The position numbers and the translations under genes were made by a program. Below, in pieces: positions 9,070 through 16,798 of a stretch of DNA of 24,000 bases. Within the stretch, counting starts at the first letter, position 1, and the number at the start of each line of letters is the position of its first letter. The notes beneath the pieces were generated by a model. It saw only the letters and a list, made by a program, of their open reading frames with translations. It searched no databases and had not been told where the DNA came from. The stretch comes from an uncultured Methanosarcinales archaeon (lineage in GTDB: Archaea > Nanobdellota > Nanobdellia > Woesearchaeales > GW2011-AR9), in the NCBI GenBank assembly GCA_964343575.1, contig CAYFJV010000001.1, forward strand, positions 200,705 through 224,704, read 5' to 3'.

Positions 9070-9263
9070 TCTCTTTTTCTCTTTGGACTTTTTTATAAAT
9101 TTAATTTAAATTCCTTAGTTTTTACTAGAAATTGCTTGCTTTATAATGTTTTCGTCTCTTTTTAGTGGTGTTTTTTTGAGAAGGAGTTTTCCCAAAAGCT
9201 TTTTATAAGGAGTTTAGTCATTCTCACTCGCTAAGCCTATGGCGATGTAGCTTAGCCTGGCAA

Positions 9264-9358
9264 ACTTTCGTGAAAGTTTGATCAAAGCAGGTGGGTTTCC
9301 CTCTGGTCAAGCCCACTAGCTAAGATTAGAAAACTCTTTTCGAAGTTTGGGAAATTAT
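9264..9358 (+). other. Predicted D-loop-region intron(s) of the CAU tRNA (boundaries approximate)
   Basis: Extra ~95 nt between AGCCTGGCAA and AGCG-CCAGA. It carries a GTGGGTTT (9291-9298)/AAGCCCAC (9309-9316) stem. A CAAACTTT-CGTG-AAAGTTTG hairpin at 9261-9280 overlaps the boundary. I could not find a clean BHB here. Confidence 0.6.
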
Positions 9359-9373
9359 AGCGCCAGACTCATA

Positions 9374-9425
9374 TCGATATGAGTGCTGAGAGCTTTATGC
9401 TCGATGACCTAACATATCTGGAGCT
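9374..9425 (+). other. Predicted 37/38 intron (52 nt) of the CAU tRNA
   Basis: CTC(A)/(G)GAG central helix, 3' bulge CT|A, 5' bulge TA|T, intron stem GATATG (9376-9381)/CATATC (9413-9418). Confidence 0.75.
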
Positions 9426-9545
9426 ATCTGGAGGTCGAGGGATCGAATCCCTCCATCGCCACTTTTTCCTTTTTTGTTATACTCTATTTTCTACTCAGAG
9501 ATTATATACACAAAATTTAAATACAATAACGAACTATAGTCGGTT

Positions 9546-9764
9546 ATGGCAACAACGATTCAAGTGAGTGAAGATCTTGTAAGCGAACTGAAAGCAAGAA
9601 AAATCTATGAGAAAGAAACCTATGAAGAAGTGATTTGGGACCTTCTTGAAGATTCCATGGAACTTTCTGAAGAGGCTAAAAGAGCTCTCAAGGAAGCTGA
9701 AGAGGATGTAAAAGCAGGAAGAGTGTACACTCATGAAGAAGTTAAGAAGGAACTTGGGTTGTAG
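9546..9764 (+). CDS. RelB/VapB-like antitoxin
   Basis: MATTIQVSEDLVSELKARKIYEKETYEEVIWDLLEDSMELSEEAKRALKEAEEDVKAGRVYTHEEVKKELGL; immediately upstream of a RelE-like ORF. Confidence 0.8.
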   Translation: MATTIQVSEDLVSELKARKIYEKETYEEVIWDLLEDSMELSEEAKRALKEAEEDVKAGRVYTHEEVKKELGL

Positions 9765-10019
9765 ATGTATACGCTAAACTATTCTAAAAAAGCTTTGAAG
9801 CAATTAAAGAAACTTGAACAAGTAGATAAAAAAAGAATAATTCTCGCCTTAGAGAGAATAAGAATTCGTCCCCATTCCCATGTTAAAAAACTTGTGGGTA
9901 ACCCTTACTTTCGTTTTAAAGTTGGAGATTATCGGGTAATACTTGACATTCAAAAAGGAAAGTTGATTATCCTTGTTCTTGAGCTTGGGCACAGGAAAAA
10001 TATTTACAAAAAGAGATAA
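9765..10019 (+). CDS. RelE/ParE-superfamily toxin
   Basis: YTLNYSKKALKQLKKLEQVDKKRIILALERI...VKKLVGNPYFRFKVGDYRVILDIQKGKLIILVLELGHRKNIYKK: canonical RelE pattern. Confidence 0.9.
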   Translation: MYTLNYSKKALKQLKKLEQVDKKRIILALERIRIRPHSHVKKLVGNPYFRFKVGDYRVILDIQKGKLIILVLELGHRKNIYKKR

Positions 10020-10020
10020 A

Positions 10021-10182
10021 ATGGTCCACACAGCCCGTCCTGAAGATACATATGCTTGCTCAAAGTGTAAGAGTTCCCATGTTGATATCTATGACTTAGA
10101 GGGAAAAAGGCTCTGCGCCTGCCTTGATTGTGGTTTTGAAGAAGAACTAGCTTCTGGGAAGAGGAGCATTAGTTGTCACTAA
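10021..10182 (+). CDS. Small zinc-ribbon protein (TFIIB-type ribbon-like)
   Basis: Internal ATG at 10021 of the 9973 ORF: MVHTARPEDTYACSKCKSSHVDIYDLEGKRLCACLDCGFEEEL (CxxC...CxxC); 1 nt after the relE stop. Confidence 0.7.
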   Translation: MVHTARPEDTYACSKCKSSHVDIYDLEGKRLCACLDCGFEEELASGKRSISCH

Positions 10183-10251
10183 AAAGTAATAATTTCTTGG
10201 AAATCTTTATAAAGTAGCTTTATTCTTAGAAAGGAGTATTAAGAGGTTACA

Positions 10252-10818
10252 ATGATGATTAAATATCTTGACGATTTTATGAGATCCCTAGGGAGCAACT
10301 CTGGCCAACGAAGGGTGAGAGGAGCTTTGCTAGCTGGCAGCGCTCTGCTTTTAGGGGGCTATATGTGTTCTGGATGTCCTGGAATGTATGGTGGAAGTGA
10401 TCCTGTTAAGACAAAAGCAGTAGTTCTTGAAGATGATTCTGCAGGAGAAGTATTAGTAAAGCCGGCAGAAACCCCAGAAGAGGATTCTCTTGAAAGTAAA
10501 GTTACTCCCCAAGCACCAGATGGACAGGTGACCATTCGTATTGAACGAAGGGATGATCTTGAACTTGAAAGTGATACTCTTTTTGGAGGAGAGCAAAGAT
10601 ACTTTGTAGTTGGTGGAAGAGATTGTTCTACAGGAGCAAGGTACAGAGCTATTATCAATGAAATTGGAAGCGATGCTGATAAAGAACGACTTAAATCACT
10701 TGTTGATAAAGGATCATATTTAACTTTTACAGGAGATGGAAGTTCTCTACCTCGGTTAGGTGGAGAATACGAAGTCTTAACTTCTGCTCCAAACCATTGC
10801 CTTGGAGGTGCTCTTTAA
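10252..10818 (+). CDS. Hypothetical membrane-anchored/exported protein
   Basis: N-terminal hydrophobic segment GALLAGSALLLGGYMCSGCPG; mostly hydrophilic remainder. Confidence 0.65.
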   Translation: MMIKYLDDFMRSLGSNSGQRRVRGALLAGSALLLGGYMCSGCPGMYGGSDPVKTKAVVLEDDSAGEVLVKPAETPEEDSLESKVTPQAPDGQVTIRIERRDDLELESDTLFGGEQRYFVVGGRDCSTGARYRAIINEIGSDADKERLKSLVDKGSYLTFTGDGSSLPRLGGEYEVLTSAPNHCLGGAL

Positions 10819-10819
10819 A

Positions 10820-11284
10820 ATGAATAGGAACACAGCAATAGGGCTTGCAGCTGCAGGAGGAGTATTGACTTTAGCTGGAACACTTTATTTTGGTCTGCCT
10901 TTTGTAGGTTCAGAAGAAGAAAGAATTATTCCTTTAACTGGAGAAGTTGTCTCTGTGGACTATCTTAAAGGTGACGAGGATGTTGCAGCTGCTGCGGCAG
11001 ATACTGGATCTGGTATAGACACAAGCGACATTGCTCAAGCACAATATCTTGATGTTGTTGTAAAAGACTGCAGGGGAGGAGACACTCATGGAGATCTTTA
11101 CAGCGCTAGAGTAGACCTTTCTTCTCCTGGTGAAAGGCAGCTTTGGAATGGGCTTATCCAACCTGGAGACTATCTTGCTTTTCCACAAGGAGTTGGGGAA
11201 GAAGAAAATCCTCTTTTAAGTTTGGAAGGCGTACTTGTGCATACAAGGAGACCAAGTGATTGTTATACTCCAAAGACTCCTTAG
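10820..11284 (+). CDS. Hypothetical membrane-anchored/exported protein
   Basis: Start MNRNTAIGLAAAGGVLTLAGTLYFGLPFVG at 10820 begins just after the upstream stop; ORF track start 10802 overlaps. Confidence 0.65.
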   Translation: MNRNTAIGLAAAGGVLTLAGTLYFGLPFVGSEEERIIPLTGEVVSVDYLKGDEDVAAAAADTGSGIDTSDIAQAQYLDVVVKDCRGGDTHGDLYSARVDLSSPGERQLWNGLIQPGDYLAFPQGVGEEENPLLSLEGVLVHTRRPSDCYTPKTP

Positions 11285-11357
11285 GAGGAAATAATTTCTA
11301 AATTTTTACTTTTTCTTACATTCTAAAAGGGTTTGGGAAGAGAGAAGGATAGAAAGC

Positions 11358-11365
11358 TTTAAATA
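11358..11365 (+). promoter_or_regulatory. Putative TATA/BoxA for tRNA-Ser
   Basis: tttaaata about 36 bp upstream of the mature 5' end. Confidence 0.45.
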
Positions 11366-11400
11366 AAGATTTTAGGGATTTCTTGCTTGTTGTTATGTTT

Positions 11401-11500
11401 GCCAACGTGGCACAATCTGGTACTGCGCAAGCCTGGAATATGACTTGTTCAGCGAGCTTGTTTCCTTCTGGATATCCCGGTTCAAATCCGGGCGTTGGCG
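11401..11500 (+). tRNA. tRNA-Ser(GGA), class II, with 16-nt intron at 37/38
   Basis: Acceptor GCCAACG/CGTTGGC, G73; D-stem GCA/TGC; anticodon stem CAAGC (11428-11432)/GCTTG (11456-11460); loop CTGGAA|A; variable arm TTTCCTTCTGGATAT with TCC/GGA stem; T-arm CCCGG-TTCAAAT-CCGGG. Mature 84 nt. Confidence 0.9.
11439..11454 (+). other. tRNA-Ser intron (TATGACTTGTTCAGCG)
   Basis: BHB: 4-bp central helix CTGG (11433-11436)/TCAG (11449-11452), bulges AA|T and CG|A, anticodon stem CAAGC/GCTTG. Confidence 0.85.
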
Positions 11501-11572
11501 CTTTTACTTTATTAAGTGTTATACCTTCTCTAAAAGAGAAAGCTTTTATGCTCTTTCTTGCTTCTTTCTAGG

Positions 11573-12343
11573 ATGAGGCGTAGTTTAATCTTGCTTGTTG
11601 TTTTCTCTCTCTTTTTAGTCTCTTGCTCTTCACAAGTTGATATACATGATCTAAACAGTGATGAGTTAAAATTCATCACAGCAAACCCTTACAACCTTGA
11701 ACAAGTAAGAGAGATCTCCAAATTTAGAAGTTGCGCAGGCCATGATTACAGTGGATTAAATGTTCACGGAGAGATGGAAGACGATAGATCAATGAAGCAC
11801 TACTTTACTCCGATAGAGGAGATTAGAAACTCAGAGTATGTTATGGAAGTCTTTGCTCCGGTTGATGGGAAGATTGTTTCAAATGTTAAAGAGAGCAATC
11901 CTCGAGGAAAGAAAGTGAAAATAGAAGTAGAAGGTTTTGAGAGTTGGGAAGTTGTTTTGTTTCATATTGATCTTGATGAAGACTTGAGAGTAGGATCTTT
12001 TGTGCAAGCAGGGCAGTTAGTTGGCTATGGTGATCTTGTAGATGGAGGCAATATTGATATTGCTCTTCGTGAGGACAAAGGCCTTAGGAAAAGTCATGCC
12101 TCTTTTTTCTCTTATGCTTCCGATGAAGTGTTGGAAGAGTATGCAGTCTTTAATTTGACCATTGATGATTTTAGTTTTAGCAAAGAAGAGAGAGATCTGC
12201 TTGCTTGTGATTTTGGAGTATCCAGAAATGATGATGATTGGGTTTTGTTAAGACCAGAGGGACTAGAGGGTGAAGAAGAGGTTGTTATTGGTTTGGATCA
12301 TTCTCCTGAGAATCATGGAGGAGAGTTTGTTGGTGAGAACTGA
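11573..12343 (+). CDS. Lipoprotein with M23-peptidase-like (probably non-catalytic) domain
   Basis: Start at 11573 MRRSLILLVVFSLFLVSCSSQ (lipobox). VFAPVDGKIVSNV...VVLFHIDLDEDLRVGSFVQAGQLVGYGD...GGNIDIAL resembles an M23 core without HxH. Confidence 0.65.
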   Translation: MRRSLILLVVFSLFLVSCSSQVDIHDLNSDELKFITANPYNLEQVREISKFRSCAGHDYSGLNVHGEMEDDRSMKHYFTPIEEIRNSEYVMEVFAPVDGKIVSNVKESNPRGKKVKIEVEGFESWEVVLFHIDLDEDLRVGSFVQAGQLVGYGDLVDGGNIDIALREDKGLRKSHASFFSYASDEVLEEYAVFNLTIDDFSFSKEERDLLACDFGVSRNDDDWVLLRPEGLEGEEEVVIGLDHSPENHGGEFVGEN

Positions 12344-12362
12344 ACCCCCTGTTTTCTCTTTC

Positions 12363-12869
12363 TTACTTCTTTAGAACTACAATATTTGTCATTCCACGTC
12401 TTTTCCTTTCCACCAAGTTGTGTTTGTGCTCTAAACTATCAAGAATCCGAGTTACCTTTACTTTACTGATTTCCAACTCTTTTGCAATCTCACTTTGATA
12501 CAGAGAACCTTCTTTTTTCTGCAAAAGTTTGTAGACTTTCTTCTCTCCACCATCAAGGCAAGAGAGATCTTTGTTCGTTTCAGCCTTAATTCCTTCAACT
12601 TTTTTTCTTAAAGGAGAATTCGATTCTAACAACAGATAAACTCCAGCAATCCCGATAATAAAAGATGCTAAAAAAGCAATGAGTAAAAGCCAAGAGGAAG
12701 AATTGTTGTGTGCAGGACAATCTTTCATTTCAATTGTTGGATCTTCACTGACGACTTGGCACAAAAACTCTCCTTGCTTATCAAGTGTAAGTTTCACTGA
12801 AACAAACACTAAGAGAAGTATGAGTGCTAAAACAATAAGTACATTGCCAATCTTTTTAGTTTCAACCAT
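12363..12869 (-). CDS. Membrane-anchored winged-helix DNA-binding protein
   Basis: Two N-terminal TM helices followed by EKKVYKLLQKKEGSLYQSEIAKELEISKVKVTRILDSLEHKHNLVERKRRGMTNIVVL. Likely start MVETKK at 12869. Confidence 0.8.
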   Translation of the reverse strand: MVETKKIGNVLIVLALILLLVFVSVKLTLDKQGEFLCQVVSEDPTIEMKDCPAHNNSSSWLLLIAFLASFIIGIAGVYLLLESNSPLRKKVEGIKAETNKDLSCLDGGEKKVYKLLQKKEGSLYQSEIAKELEISKVKVTRILDSLEHKHNLVERKRRGMTNIVVLKK

Positions 12870-12887
12870 GGTCAACACTCTTCTTTC

Positions 12888-13118
12888 TCATCTCTTTTTT
12901 ACTCTATAGTCTCCTAAACTTTCAATCTCTTTTTTGAAAGAGCTAAGATCAAAGTCGGAGCCATGTTCTATACTTATATCTCCATTTTTTTCATTTATCT
13001 GAACTGAAGTAATCTCACTAAAATCTGAACAGACATCTTCTACAAGCATTTTACAAGACTTGCAATGGAATCCTTCAATCTTAAGCTTTGTTTTCATATT
13101 CTCACCATTTGTTTTCAT
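12888..13118 (-). CDS. CopZ-like heavy-metal-associated (HMA) domain protein (start may be 13097)
   Basis: MKTKLKIEGFHCKSCKMLVEDVCSDFSEITSVQINEKNGDISIEH: HMA domain with CKSC. Confidence 0.8.
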   Translation of the reverse strand: MKTNGENMKTKLKIEGFHCKSCKMLVEDVCSDFSEITSVQINEKNGDISIEHGSDFDLSSFKKEIESLGDYRVKKR

Positions 13119-14507
13119 TCACACTACATTAAAGACGCCAGGTCCTGCCATACCCATACCACAACTAAAGATTAACCTTCCAGATTCTTCTGGAGTGAAA
13201 GTAATTGTTAAAGATTCGTCCTGAGGCAACTGCTCAGTAATCCCTAAAGCAGGAATGCTAATTATCTGAGCGCAACCAACTGCCGCACTTCCATCTATTT
13301 GCCACTCAACTGGTACTCCTTTCTGGATTGTAAACTCGGCTGGAAAGTAATCAAGACCCCTTACTTCTAGTTCCACAATTTGCTTTTCAGGAAGCTCACC
13401 GTTTCCAGCAAAAATTTCTTCTGATCCCAACTCTAAACTTTGGCCTTGGACAAAAGGTAAAGAGAAATCTCCTGAAGCTCCCACAAGCACAAGGCCAGGA
13501 CTGATATTAAAAATCCCAAGCACAATCACTAAGACCGCTGAAAAGGTTGTAAAATATTGTTTTGTTTTTCCTTTTGAGAAACTAGAGAGAGCTCCAACTC
13601 CAATAAGAGAAGGAAGTGTTCCCAAGGCAAAGATAAACATAACCATCATTCCAGTAAAAGGATCCCCTCTTCCTAGGACGTAAAGCTGAAGTGCTTGAGT
13701 GAAACCACAAGGTAAGAAAAAAGTGGATGCTCCAAAAAGAAAAGCCCCCACCATTCCGGAGTTTTCTCCTTGGGAAGAATCGAAGAGCTTATGTGCAACA
13801 CTTTTTGGCATTTTTAATTGTATTTTACTTAACCAAGGAGAGATTTGTAGGAGCTGCAAACCCATAATAATCATAAGGGCACTTGCTGCTAAAGTGATAA
13901 TACCACTCGCCGTTGAGGAAAGGGTAAGCACAGATCCTAAAGCTCCAATTGCTGCACCAAGAATTGCGTAGGAGACAAGTCTTCCAATGTTAAAGGAGAT
14001 GTGTGGTCTAAATCTTTGCTGGGCAGTCAAATGAGGGTTTGCTTCATTGTACTTGTTTGCTACTGCTAAAAGTAGGCCCCCCGCTACTGCAAGGCAAGTA
14101 GAAGTCGCTGCCACTAAACCAATCAGAAAGACAAAACCATAACTCATATTTTCAGTTACTCCAATTCCTTTGGGGAGAAGATCAAACTGAGTTAAGATAA
14201 AATAAGCAGCTGCCATAAATAAAAGCACCGCAGCAATTTCTGCATACTTCTTTTTGTTTTTAACAATGAAAGCAGGTCTTACCGGGTTATCAATGGTATC
14301 CTCTGCTATCAGGAAGTACTCTGTTCCAGAAAGAAGAGCTTGTAGATCTTCTAATTCAGTAGAATCTTTACAGTACACCTCAAGTGTTTCTTTTGCTCGA
14401 TTTACTCTTGCTTTACTTACTAAGTTGCTCTTTTTGAGCTTTCTCTCAAGGATGACTTCACAACTGGCGCAAGTCATTCCTTTTACTTTTGTTTTAATTG
14501 TTTTCAT
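13119..14507 (-). CDS. HMA - TauE/SafE (DsbD_2-like) membrane - cupredoxin fusion protein
   Basis: GMTCASCEVILERKL at the N-terminus; multi-TM core with GLVAATSTCLAVAGGLLLA and GASTFFLPCGFTQALQLYVL; C-terminal CAQIISIP...FTPEESGRLIFSCGMGM cupredoxin-type end. Confidence 0.85.
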   Translation of the reverse strand: MKTIKTKVKGMTCASCEVILERKLKKSNLVSKARVNRAKETLEVYCKDSTELEDLQALLSGTEYFLIAEDTIDNPVRPAFIVKNKKKYAEIAAVLLFMAAAYFILTQFDLLPKGIGVTENMSYGFVFLIGLVAATSTCLAVAGGLLLAVANKYNEANPHLTAQQRFRPHISFNIGRLVSYAILGAAIGALGSVLTLSSTASGIITLAASALMIIMGLQLLQISPWLSKIQLKMPKSVAHKLFDSSQGENSGMVGAFLFGASTFFLPCGFTQALQLYVLGRGDPFTGMMVMFIFALGTLPSLIGVGALSSFSKGKTKQYFTTFSAVLVIVLGIFNISPGLVLVGASGDFSLPFVQGQSLELGSEEIFAGNGELPEKQIVELEVRGLDYFPAEFTIQKGVPVEWQIDGSAAVGCAQIISIPALGITEQLPQDESLTITFTPEESGRLIFSCGMGMAGPGVFNVV

Positions 14508-14533
14508 ATTTGAGTATCACCATGAGTGGTTAA

Positions 14534-14576
14534 TTTTGAAACAGCTTATCTACTTTGACTGAAACTAGTTTCAAAA
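14534..14576. promoter_or_regulatory. Inverted repeats upstream of the HMA-SafE-cupredoxin gene
   Basis: TTTTGAAAC (14534-14542) / GTTTCAAAA (14568-14576), and the perfect palindrome GAAACTAGTTTC (14561-14572). Confidence 0.5.
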
Positions 14577-14584
14577 CACTTGTT

Positions 14585-16798
14585 TTAGAGCTTTTTTGTC
14601 TTAAGCAAGAGCGCATTTGAGATCACACTTACCGAGCTTAAAGCCATTGCTCCTCCTGCGATCATTGGATTGAGCATCCAGCCAGTAAATGGATAGAGAA
14701 GACCCGCAGCAATTGGTATTCCTAATATGTTGTAAAAGAGAGCCCAGAACATGTTCTGTCTAATCTTTGCCATAGTAAGCTTGCTGAGCCGAATTGACCT
14801 TGGTACATCTAAAAGATTGTTTCTCATAAGCACAATGTTTCCTGTCTCCATCGCAACATCTGTTCCTGAGCCCATGGCAATGCCGATATCGGCTTGAGCT
14901 AGTGCGGGAGCGTCATTTATTCCATCGCCAACCATTGCAACAGTACCCTTTCTTTGTAACTTCTTTACATATCTTGCTTTATCTTCAGGCATAACTTCAG
15001 CAAAGAAATGTTCTATGCCAACTCTTTTTGCGATTGCCCTCGCAGTTCTTTGATTATCTCCCGTGATCATGTATGGAGTAATCTTCATTCTTTTTAATGT
15101 AGAGATTGCTCTTTTGGAATCTTCTTTGAGTTCATCAGCAACAGCAATGACACCAAGAACCTTCTTGTTCTTAGCAAGGAGCATAGCTGTCTTTCCTTGC
15201 TCCTCTAATTTGAGCATAGTGCTTTCAAGTACTTTGAAAGATATTTTTTGCTTTTTCATAAGTTTCGTGTTCCCAATAAAGTATTGGCTTTTAGCAATCT
15301 TAGCTTTAACTCCCATACCAGTGATTGAGGTAAAGGAAGTTGCTTTCTTTAGTGAGATTCTTTTTTCTTTAGCTCTTGCAACAATTGCTTCAGCTAAAGG
15401 ATGCTCTGATTTTGATTCAATGCTTGCAGCAAGCGTGAGGAGTTCTTTTTCTGTAAGCCCCTTAACTCCTTTGTTGGTTATAACATCTGTTACTTCTGGT
15501 TTCCCTTTAGTGATAGTTCCAGTTTTATCAAAGATGACAAACTTGATTTTGTGAGCAAGTTCTAGTGCATCTCCGCCTTTAATCAGAATTCCCTTCTGAG
15601 CCCCCTTCCCGGTTCCCACCATAATTGCAGTGGGTGTTGCAAGCCCTAATGCGCAAGGACAAGCGATCACCAGTACCGCAACAGCAGCTACAAGTGCAAA
15701 ACTAAACTCTGCTTGAACCAGTGAAAACCAAACCATAAGTGTTATGAGAGAGATGAGTATGACAATAGGGACAAAGTAAGAGGAGATTCTATCTGCAAAT
15801 CTTTGAATGGGTGCTTTCTTTGTTTGAGCATCCTCAATAAGTTTAATGATTCTCGAAAGTGTTGTCTGCGCGCCAACCCTTGTTGCTTTCATCACAAAGT
15901 GTCCCTTCTTATTGAGCGTTGAGCCAATAACAAGGTCTCCTTTTTTCTTTTGCACAGGTATGCTCTCTCCAGTGACCATACTCTCATTGACAAAAGAAGA
16001 CCCTTCAACAATGACACCATCAACAGGAATTTTTGCTCCTGGCTTTACGATGACTTTGTCTCCCTTAACCACTTCATCTATAGGTATCTGAAGCTCTTTT
16101 CTCTTTCTGATAACTGTAGCTGTTTTTGCTCCAATCTTCATGAGTTTAGTAATTGCTTCACTGGTTCTTCCCTTTGCGAGGGCTTCAAGATATTTTCCTA
16201 ATAAGACAAGCGTGATGAGCACCGCACTAGTTTCAAAATACTGGTGTCCATGCTCAAGGAAAAGAACTGCATACACGGAATAGAAATAAGCAGCGCTTGT
16301 TCCCAAAGCGATGAGAGAGTCCATGTTTGCGGTTTTATTTTTTAGTGCAGCCCAAGCTCCTTTATAGAAAGTTGCTCCAAAATAGAACTGAATTGGCGTT
16401 GCAAGAAGCCAGAGAATGTAGTCCTGAAAGGGAATTGGATTTTTCATAAATAGCATCCCAAGGATGAGTGCAGGAAGGGCAAAGATTGAGCTGAGGAAAA
16501 CTTTCCTTTTCAATTGTTCTAACTCCCTTTGTTTTTTTAGGGTTTGTTTTTTGTAACTTACTCCTCGATCAAGGTAAGCTTGATACCCTTTTGCTTTGAT
16601 TGTTTTGATTATTTCTTTAGTATTGATGATTTTAGGATCATACTCAACAGAAGCTTTCTCAGTAGAATAGTTAACAGTTGCATTTTTTATGCCTTCTTTT
16701 TTCTTGAGTGCTCTTGTAATTACTGCAACACAGCTAGCACAATGCATTCCAGAAACTTTGAAGGTTCTCTTCTCTATGCTTTTCTTTGCTTTATTCAT
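14585..16798 (-). CDS. copA: Copper-exporting P1B-type ATPase
   Basis: HMA GMHCASC, CPC motif VLVIACPCALGLATPTAI, DKTGTITKG, SEHPLAEAI, GDGINDAPALAQADIGIAMGSGTDVAME, YN in TM7 and MALSSVSVISNA in TM8. Confidence 0.95.
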   Translation of the reverse strand: MNKAKKSIEKRTFKVSGMHCASCVAVITRALKKKEGIKNATVNYSTEKASVEYDPKIINTKEIIKTIKAKGYQAYLDRGVSYKKQTLKKQRELEQLKRKVFLSSIFALPALILGMLFMKNPIPFQDYILWLLATPIQFYFGATFYKGAWAALKNKTANMDSLIALGTSAAYFYSVYAVLFLEHGHQYFETSAVLITLVLLGKYLEALAKGRTSEAITKLMKIGAKTATVIRKRKELQIPIDEVVKGDKVIVKPGAKIPVDGVIVEGSSFVNESMVTGESIPVQKKKGDLVIGSTLNKKGHFVMKATRVGAQTTLSRIIKLIEDAQTKKAPIQRFADRISSYFVPIVILISLITLMVWFSLVQAEFSFALVAAVAVLVIACPCALGLATPTAIMVGTGKGAQKGILIKGGDALELAHKIKFVIFDKTGTITKGKPEVTDVITNKGVKGLTEKELLTLAASIESKSEHPLAEAIVARAKEKRISLKKATSFTSITGMGVKAKIAKSQYFIGNTKLMKKQKISFKVLESTMLKLEEQGKTAMLLAKNKKVLGVIAVADELKEDSKRAISTLKRMKITPYMITGDNQRTARAIAKRVGIEHFFAEVMPEDKARYVKKLQRKGTVAMVGDGINDAPALAQADIGIAMGSGTDVAMETGNIVLMRNNLLDVPRSIRLSKLTMAKIRQNMFWALFYNILGIPIAAGLLYPFTGWMLNPMIAGGAMALSSVSVISNALLLKTKKL

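Larger units (their letters stand above)
9241..9461 (+). tRNA. Intron-containing tRNA with CAU anticodon (elongator Met or Ile2)
   Basis: Acceptor GGCGATG (9241-9247)/CATCGCC (9454-9460), A73 at 9461; T-arm GAGGG-ATCGAAT-CCCTC (9437-9453); variable AGGTC (9432-9436); anticodon stem CCAGA (9363-9367)/TCTGG (9427-9431); D-stem begins GCTT at 9250. Spliced loop CTCATAA. One reading gives a 74-nt mature tRNA: 9241-9263 + 9359-9373 + 9426-9461. Confidence 0.85.

Noticed and set aside
9241-9461. Integration hotspot/attachment site at the tRNA gene
   Set aside because: No integrase and no repeated tRNA 3' end was noticed downstream; the extra length is better explained by introns.
9379-9567. 62-aa plus-strand ORF
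   Set aside because: Starts inside the CAU tRNA gene intron and crosses its 3' end; not credible as coding.
9541-10019. Toxin-antitoxin pair as evidence for a defense island
   Set aside because: Single solitary TA locus flanked by a tRNA and ordinary genes; no nuclease, helicase, integrase or repeats supporting an island.
11383-11571. 62-aa plus-strand ORF
   Set aside because: Covers the entire tRNA-Ser(GGA) gene.
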